Shown here one piece after another: positions 56,583-64,000 of a stretch of 64,000 nucleotides of DNA. The stretch comes from a bacterium (GTDB lineage Bacteria; SAR324; NAC60-12). Position numbers and translations under genes: made by a program. The notes below the pieces were generated by a model. The model searched no databases. It saw nothing but the letters and a program-made list of their open reading frames with translations, and was not told the origin of the DNA. Every line of letters begins with the position of its first letter. Position 1 is the first letter of the stretch. The DNA lies in NCBI GenBank assembly GCA_965233585.1, contig CBDDTI010000747.1, positions 320,001 to 384,000 of the forward strand, written 5' to 3'.

Positions 56583-58964
56583 TTACCACTCTATGGCTTC
56601 TGTACTTTGTGGCTTTGCAAGAGGAGACGCACAATCGGAGGAGGATTGGTAGTTGAGAGGAGGGATTTGATTTTTGCGAAAAAGCTCATAATAGACATCT
56701 TCTGGAGGGTCGCAAGGCACAGCTCTGCGTCCTGATTTATGGATTTTTAGGCTGATAATAGATTGGGGCTGTCTAAAGGATTCTCTTGGGTAGGATTTGA
56801 TGGCATGTTTCATAAATTTAAGCCAAATAGGTACAGCTGCACCTGAACCTGTGCCTGTTCTGCCCATAGAACGTGGTTGGTCAAACCCAACATACACTCC
56901 TGTCAATAATTGAGGAATATATCCAATATACCAAGCATCAACATAAGAATTGGTTGTTCCTGTCTTCCCTGCAGAAATACGAGGAATGGCACGACGGACA
57001 CGCCGACCTGTCCCATGCTGCACGACCTCTTTCAAAGCCTCTGTCACTAAAAATGATGTTTCTTCAGAAATGACTTGTTCCACATGGGGCTGTGCCTCTT
57101 CCAACAAATCTCCCTGACTATTTTCAATTTTCAGAATATAAGTAGTGTCTGTCAGCTTTCCAGAGTTAGCAAAAACATTGTAGGCACGCACCAATTCTGC
57201 CAACTTCAGTGAATGGGAACCCAGTGCGATTGTCAAATCTTTGGGCATGGGAGAAGTGATTCCTAGACGTCTGGAATAGTCAATCACTCTGTCAATCCCC
57301 AAATCTTCCACAAGACCAATGGTTGGTAAATTCAGACTTTTGGCAAGAGCGCTTTTTAACCTCACAGCACCCAGTAATTTGTTGCCATAGTTTTTGGGAG
57401 TCCAGACATTGGCTTGTTCGTTGCCTTGAGCTTTTTGTTCTTTGTAGAGACGAGGGCTATCTACAAGCATTGAGGACAGCTGATAGCCAGACTCCAGTGC
57501 TAAGGCATAGACAATCGCTTTGAAGGCAGACCCCGGTTGTCGTAAACCTTGAACAGCACGATTGAACTTGCTGTCGCGGTAGCTGTAGCCACCAACCATC
57601 GCCAGTGCTTCTCCCGTTTTAGGGTCAAGGGCTAAAATGCCTCCATTGACTTCAGGTTTCTGATAAAGCGTTGCGGCAAATTGTTTTTTTTGTGCGTCCC
57701 AGTCTTTGAGTTTGACCCAAATGACATCACCTTTTTTTAAGAGATCAGCAGGTTTCTTGATGGTTAAACTTGATTTTTTTTGGCGAGATTTCCACTTTTT
57801 TAAAGTATCCCATTCTATCAAAGCCCTTTGATTACCGACATTCACCATGACATCTTTTGGGGACACTTTCTGCACAACTCCTTTGACAGTTCCCCCAAGC
57901 AACAAACGATTCTTTTGGGTGACCCATTGAATCTGTTCTTTTGGTAAAACTCCTGATTCATCAGCTGGAATGGTCTCCATGGCTCCACGAAACCCAAGCC
58001 TTTGACTCACTTCTAAAATTCCCTCACGCAAGGCATTGTGTGCAGAAATCTGTTTGTCTAAATCCATTGCAAGATGCACCTTTAAACCTCCGTTGTAAAG
58101 CTCATCTGCACCATATTTTTTAATGAGATACTGCCTTACGTGTTCCACATAATAGGCAGTGGCTGGTGATGCCGCATCATAGGTTTTGCGAATCTTCAAG
58201 GGTTCTAGTGTGGCATTTTCATATTCTGCAGGGGAAATGAACCCAGAATCTAGCATACGTTTAAGGACTAAATTCCTTCGCTTAATCGCTCGTTCAGGAT
58301 TGACCGCCGGAGAATAAAGGGAGGGGGCTGGTAAGATTCCAACTAACAAGGCACTTTCTCCCAATGTCAACTCTGATGTGTGTTTTCCAAAATAACCTTG
58401 TGCAGAGGCTTCCACTCCTTCGGCATTGCCTAAAAATGCTTTGTTTAAGTAAAGCGTCAAAATTTCTTCTTTGGAAAATTGCATCTCAATCCGCAATGCC
58501 AAAAGAAGCTCTTTCAGTTTTCTCACCAGTTTTTTCTCTGGAGTGAGTAAGAAAAGCCTTGCCGTTTGTTGTGTCAAAGTACTTGCACCCTGTACAACAC
58601 GCATGGCTTTAAGGTTAACAAACAAGGCTTGCATGACACGGACAGGGTCAAAACCCCAATGGTAAAAAAAACGCCCGTCTTCGCTGGCAATCAAGGCTTG
58701 AATCAAATGAGCAGGAAATTTATCATAAGAAACTACAATCCTTCTTTGAATGTAAAACTCCCCAATTTGCGCACCATTTCGGTCGTAAAGGACGGTAGGC
58801 AAAGAGTAGTCAGGGTGTTCCAACTTCACTAAATCACTTGGAAGTTGCTGATGAAGTTGGTACAAGTAGTAAGCAGTCCAGCCTCCCAAGAGCAGAAGCA
58901 AAACAGTGAGAATTTGCATTGTCAAAAGAGTGCGTTTCCAAAAACTGCTCATAAACCTAACCAA
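56583..58964 (-). CDS. mrcA: Penicillin-binding protein 1A with OB insert
   Basis: Transglycosylase SEDGRF, GASTLTQQ, RKLKE; transpeptidase SAFK, SLN, KTG. Confidence 0.93.
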   Translation of the reverse strand: MVRFMSSFWKRTLLTMQILTVLLLLLGGWTAYYLYQLHQQLPSDLVKLEHPDYSLPTVLYDRNGAQIGEFYIQRRIVVSYDKFPAHLIQALIASEDGRFFYHWGFDPVRVMQALFVNLKAMRVVQGASTLTQQTARLFLLTPEKKLVRKLKELLLALRIEMQFSKEEILTLYLNKAFLGNAEGVEASAQGYFGKHTSELTLGESALLVGILPAPSLYSPAVNPERAIKRRNLVLKRMLDSGFISPAEYENATLEPLKIRKTYDAASPATAYYVEHVRQYLIKKYGADELYNGGLKVHLAMDLDKQISAHNALREGILEVSQRLGFRGAMETIPADESGVLPKEQIQWVTQKNRLLLGGTVKGVVQKVSPKDVMVNVGNQRALIEWDTLKKWKSRQKKSSLTIKKPADLLKKGDVIWVKLKDWDAQKKQFAATLYQKPEVNGGILALDPKTGEALAMVGGYSYRDSKFNRAVQGLRQPGSAFKAIVYALALESGYQLSSMLVDSPRLYKEQKAQGNEQANVWTPKNYGNKLLGAVRLKSALAKSLNLPTIGLVEDLGIDRVIDYSRRLGITSPMPKDLTIALGSHSLKLAELVRAYNVFANSGKLTDTTYILKIENSQGDLLEEAQPHVEQVISEETSFLVTEALKEVVQHGTGRRVRRAIPRISAGKTGTTNSYVDAWYIGYIPQLLTGVYVGFDQPRSMGRTGTGSGAAVPIWLKFMKHAIKSYPRESFRQPQSIISLKIHKSGRRAVPCDPPEDVYYELFRKNQIPPLNYQSSSDCASPLAKPQSTEAIEW

Positions 58965-59458
58965 TGTTCAATAGTCAGGAGAATACGCAACTTCTCTGCT
59001 TCAGAAAAATTGCCCCAGTCAAAGTCATTCAAAAAGACACGTATGTCTTTCAGGTTGTTTGATTTGACTGCAAATAAGATTTTCTTAAGAGATTGTGCTT
59101 GCTTATATTTTAATAAACCCATAAATGTTTGATGCTGTGAATCCTTGCGTAAACTGCCATGAAAGACTTCATCAGATGAGTATTGTAAAGGGACTTTTTC
59201 ACACCGACATTGCTTGCAATGAGGCAAAGCAGCAGTGTGCTTGACACGGAAACTTTCCCCAAATCGCAACCCATCGTGACGCAAACAAATAACAGGAGTG
59301 GACAACTCAAGAGGCGTCCTGATTTCATAACCTGCAATTTTTGTAACGACTGGTTCAATGGGACGATGCCTGCGAAAGATGCCTTGCTTTTTCATTCTGC
59401 GAAGCCAGTATAACAAAGCAAAGGCAACAACAATCAGAAGAATCTTTTCAAATGGCAT
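58949..59458 (-). CDS. Hypothetical membrane-anchored protein with a Cys/His cluster
   Basis: N-terminal TM; TPVICLRHDG...PHCKQCRC; overlaps the mrcA start region. Confidence 0.65.
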   Translation of the reverse strand: MPFEKILLIVVAFALLYWLRRMKKQGIFRRHRPIEPVVTKIAGYEIRTPLELSTPVICLRHDGLRFGESFRVKHTAALPHCKQCRCEKVPLQYSSDEVFHGSLRKDSQHQTFMGLLKYKQAQSLKKILFAVKSNNLKDIRVFLNDFDWGNFSEAEKLRILLTIEHWLGL

Positions 59459-59484
59459 GTCTAAAAAATCTAAAAAATAGATAG

Positions 59485-59820
59485 ATGCACTATTTTACAA
59501 CAATTACCATCTTCTTTCTTGTGAATATTTTTGGTAGTCTTGTGTTGGCACAAGAAACGGTGTTTGAGTGCAAAAAGGTCTTGCCTTTGGAAAGTGCCGA
59601 AGATGTGCTAGAATTACGCCGATGCCTGAAAGAAGTCCGAACACAAATTAAGCAAAAAGCCCAAGAAGATGAGAGACAGTTAATCTTTGAAGGTTCAAAA
59701 AAACTTTCAGAATCTAAGCAAGGTCCTTATTGCATTTATATCAAAAATGTCAACGAATGTCGTGGCAATATCATTCCTCCTAATGCACAAATGCCAAATC
59801 AAGCTGAAGAAACACCATAA
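59485..59820 (+). CDS. Hypothetical secreted protein
   Basis: Signal peptide ending VLA-Q; four Cys. Confidence 0.6.
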   Translation: MHYFTTITIFFLVNIFGSLVLAQETVFECKKVLPLESAEDVLELRRCLKEVRTQIKQKAQEDERQLIFEGSKKLSESKQGPYCIYIKNVNECRGNIIPPNAQMPNQAEETP

Positions 59821-59832
59821 CTTTGAGCGAAC

Positions 59833-60561
59833 ATGGAGACAAAGTTAATCTTAGAACATTTAATTTTCAGTCCTTTTTTGTTTGGTCTTTTCATTCTGGC
59901 TGGTCTGGGACTCTGTTCTTATTGGAGAAAATCATACTCGGTCTGGCTCTTATCTATGTGTGTTGCCTTGCTATTTTTCAGCAGCAACCTCTTCTTTCAG
60001 CTATTCTCACTTCAGTTACAAAGCTGGACTCCTGCTAGTCAAGAAAAACCTGTAGATGCCATCATCGTTGCTCTGGCAGGAATCCATGAAACAGGCATTC
60101 CCACACAAAGTTCTGTCACAAGAATTTATGCAGCAGCAAAACTCTATCACAAAGGGGTTGCTCCACTTCTTTTAGTTTCTGGAGACGTCAAAAGTTCTCA
60201 TCTATCATATCATCATGGTGCAAAAATTATTTTGCAAGGTATGGGTGTGCCTGAAGATGACGTAATCTATGAATACCAATCGTTTGACACACACACCAAC
60301 GGAACGATGAGTGCAAGAATTTTAAAAGAACACAACATTCAAAACATTCTGTTAGTGTCCCACGACTACCATTTATACAGGCTTGCTCGTGTGTTCCAAA
60401 AGCAAGGATTTGAACCTCTTGTCTATGCTGCAAATTCTGGAAACTGGTCAGAGACAAAGGATTGGTGGACATTTTTGTCTTGGCACAATTTAGACAGAAT
60501 CCGCACCATTGCTCACGAATATGTAGGGCTTTTAAGTTACTGGTTTCTTGGCTATATCTAA
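59833..60561 (+). CDS. YdcF/ElyC (DUF218) family protein
   Basis: DAIIV, R..AAAKLY, VSGD, E..SFDT..N, LVSHDYHLYR, HEYVG. Confidence 0.88.
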   Translation: METKLILEHLIFSPFLFGLFILAGLGLCSYWRKSYSVWLLSMCVALLFFSSNLFFQLFSLQLQSWTPASQEKPVDAIIVALAGIHETGIPTQSSVTRIYAAAKLYHKGVAPLLLVSGDVKSSHLSYHHGAKIILQGMGVPEDDVIYEYQSFDTHTNGTMSARILKEHNIQNILLVSHDYHLYRLARVFQKQGFEPLVYAANSGNWSETKDWWTFLSWHNLDRIRTIAHEYVGLLSYWFLGYI

Positions 60562-60566
60562 TCTGA

Positions 60567-61685
<1,119 letters not shown>

Positions 61686-61709
61686 CTAACTCCACCTTAA
61701 GAAGAATTA

Positions 61710-62603
61710 ATGAAAGCAGTCATTCAAGAATTAAAACAAGACTTTAGAACTTGGTCATTCTGGAAGGTGATTTTTGCCACTACAATCGGTTTGATTTTAC
61801 CAAGCCTTGTCATCAATGGAATTTTGATTCCTCACAACTTTTTTTCTGGGGGAGTGTCGGGTCTCTCATTGCTGGCTTACTCTTTTTCTGATGGTGCGAT
61901 TCCATTGGGCTTGATTTATTTTTTACTCAATTTACCACTCTTTTTTATTGGTTTTCGCGAGTTTTCTCCACGTTATCTCTTGTTCAGTGTCTTTGGCATG
62001 AGTATTTTTTCTGTTCATGTCTCTGTCTTCACCTTTGACTTTGGTCTCAAAGACCCAATGCTTGCTGCTATTTTTGGGGGAGTTGTGACAGGCATTGGAG
62101 CGGGTACCTATTTGAAGATGGGAGGTTCTGCAGGTGGATTGGATATTGTGGCAACAGTGATTAAAAAAAAGTTTTCTATCCCCATTGGGACAACCTTCAA
62201 CGTGATCAACTTTTTCATTTTGCTAGCAAATGCTTTGTATTACGAGTTAGAAATCGCATTGTACACTGGGATTTATATCTTCGTCTTTTCATTGGTTGTC
62301 AATAAAGTACAGACAGGTTTTTCGCAAAGAAAATCTATTTTTATCATCACCGAAAAACCTGATGAAGTGCTGGAACATGCTGTGAGAAAGCTAGACCGTG
62401 GGGCAACATTCTTCTTGGCACAAGGGGCATACAATCAAACAACAAAACGTGTTGTTTATACTGTGATTAACATGCTGGAGTTAGGTCGTTTGAAACAATA
62501 TCTTTTCCAAGTTGACCCGCACGCCTTTATCATCGTCAATGATGCTTCAGAGGTCATTGGCACAAAATTTCTGACGTGGGAAAGCGAAGGCTTTCGTCAA
62601 TAA
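61710..62603 (+). CDS. YitT family membrane protein
   Basis: SGGVSG, GGSAGGLDI, RGAT, DPHAF (DUF161 plus DUF2179). Confidence 0.9.
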   Translation: MKAVIQELKQDFRTWSFWKVIFATTIGLILPSLVINGILIPHNFFSGGVSGLSLLAYSFSDGAIPLGLIYFLLNLPLFFIGFREFSPRYLLFSVFGMSIFSVHVSVFTFDFGLKDPMLAAIFGGVVTGIGAGTYLKMGGSAGGLDIVATVIKKKFSIPIGTTFNVINFFILLANALYYELEIALYTGIYIFVFSLVVNKVQTGFSQRKSIFIITEKPDEVLEHAVRKLDRGATFFLAQGAYNQTTKRVVYTVINMLELGRLKQYLFQVDPHAFIIVNDASEVIGTKFLTWESEGFRQ

Positions 62604-62722
62604 TTTCAATCAAAGACTCATTTCACTCAAAAGTCGTCTTTCTTTTCACTTGTGAAAAACAAAGAAGCCATTTATACTCAAGAGTTTTTATTTTTAAGCT
62701 ATAAAAATTTATAAGGATTTGT

Positions 62723-63139
62723 ATGTTAAAAAGTATTAGCCAATGGATTTGTGTTGTCTCACTAGCTGTCATCTTGTCTGTTGTTCCATCGTTTGCCAAA
62801 GGGGCAGAGTTGAAGACCGTGTTCTTTTCTACAATGTGGGGGGCAATGATTGGGACAGTCACAGGGATTGCAGTCTGGGCAATTAAAGATGATGACGCTG
62901 ACGGAGAGCTTTTGGCAAAGACTACTGTGAGGGGTGCAGCATTGGGAATCTTCTTTGGATTCGGCTATGGCATGTATGAAGTGAACAGAGACGACAGCTT
63001 TACTGATTCTGCAATTCACTACGATTTTCAAAAGAAGCAGTGGAGTTTTTCACCAGATGCACTTTTTGCATCTGCAGTCAATGGCTCAATGGACTCACAA
63101 AAAAATTATTCTATGAGTCTTTTTGAAATGAAGTATTAG
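62723..63139 (+). CDS. Hypothetical membrane or secreted protein
   Basis: Signal peptide and Gly-rich hydrophobic segments. Confidence 0.6.
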   Translation: MLKSISQWICVVSLAVILSVVPSFAKGAELKTVFFSTMWGAMIGTVTGIAVWAIKDDDADGELLAKTTVRGAALGIFFGFGYGMYEVNRDDSFTDSAIHYDFQKKQWSFSPDALFASAVNGSMDSQKNYSMSLFEMKY

Positions 63140-63459
63140 CACAGACATCAAGCATTTTTGTCAAATCTTGTTTGTCCATGACTTGAATGAACAGACTCTA
63201 AAAAATCAAAAGACAAACAAGATTCCCTCCACCAAAGTATCCAAGCGTCCAAAGTCTCCAATTTGCAGCTTCCAACAAATTGTGATGTTGTCAGTTCAAT
63301 ATGGCTTTTCCCAAAATACTTTTAGTTTTTCACTCGTTCAAAATCTGGATGACTGATTTTGAACGAATTGCGACATCTGGTAGATGATTCATTTTTCTAA
63401 TATCAGTCTGACATGTACCCTGAAAAGCAATCTCAAAATCACATTTCAAGTAAATCTTT

Positions 63460-64000
63460 ATGAAAACGATTGACAAATCTTATCAACCCCAAAACTTTGA
63501 AAAAGCCATCTATCAGCAATGGGAACAAAGCAACTCCTTTCAGGCTGATTCTCAATCTGATAAACCTGCTTTTTCTATCTCAATGCCTCCCCCCAATGCC
63601 ACAGGCAGGCTCCATGCAGGTCATGCTGTCATGCTGGCAGTAGAAGACATTTTAGTCCGTTGGAAACGTATGTCTGGCTTTGAAGTCTTATGGCTACCGG
63701 GAACAGACCATGCCGCCATTGCAACAGAAAATGTTGTCATCTCTAAAATTCAAAAAGAAGAGGGCATTGCAGACCCACGTCAGACTTTAGGACGTGAAAA
63801 ATTACTTGAAAAAATTCATGAGTTCGTTGCTGATTCTCGTGATGTGATGAGGCAACAAATTCGTGCGATGGGTGCAAGCTGTGACTGGAGTCGTGAACGA
63901 TTTACGATGGATTCCGCATTGGATCGTTGCGTGAAAGAAACCTTCCAAAAAATGTTTCAAGATGGCTTGATTTATCGTGGGCAAAGAATTGTCAACTGGG
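63460..64000 (+). CDS. valS: Valyl-tRNA synthetase (5' part, runs off the window)
   Basis: Manual translation MKTIDKSYQP...PPPNATGRLHAGHA..LWLPGTDHAAIATE..SCDWSRERFTMD..IYRGQRIVNW. Confidence 0.95.
   Translation, partial: MKTIDKSYQPQNFEKAIYQQWEQSNSFQADSQSDKPAFSISMPPPNATGRLHAGHAVMLAVEDILVRWKRMSGFEVLWLPGTDHAAIATENVVISKIQKEEGIADPRQTLGREKLLEKIHEFVADSRDVMRQQIRAMGASCDWSRERFTMDSALDRCVKETFQKMFQDGLIYRGQRIVNW

Noticed and set aside
59238..59252. REP-like 15-mer GTGCTTGACACGGAA inside a coding region
   Set aside because: Only one hairpin arm and no GTCA tag; cannot be distinguished from chance.

Overview
Bacterial chromosomal window, moderately AT-rich. The core genes (flgI/J/M/N, yebC-ruvC-ruvA-ssb-rpsA, mutS-slt, PBP1a, tgt, valS) look deltaproteobacterial or SAR324-like; this is an inference from protein style only. 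Accessory DNA is interleaved: (i) an uncharacterised sugar/polyol uptake and catabolism island (24020-41254); (ii) two foreign inserts inside that island, each bracketed by long direct repeats and with no integrase or transposase: a type II R-M pair flanked by a 42-bp duplication of the neighbouring gene start, and an mscS gene flanked by a ~250-bp duplicated promoter/operator region; (iii) an exact 140-bp tandem duplication at the start of an orphan DNA methyltransferase, followed by a stand-alone RecC-like gene and an unusual multi-DNA-binding-domain protein; (iv) a 1204-aa repeat-rich surface lipoprotein bracketed by clusters of CGTC/TGTC-type REP palindromes; and (v) IS1-family elements, one intact, one a fragment and one a tandem dimer sharing a nonsense codon. 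No rRNA, tRNA or CRISPR array was found. The most notable signal is the repeated pattern of insertion with long target duplication. All family assignments are from motif recognition by eye; no database searches were run.
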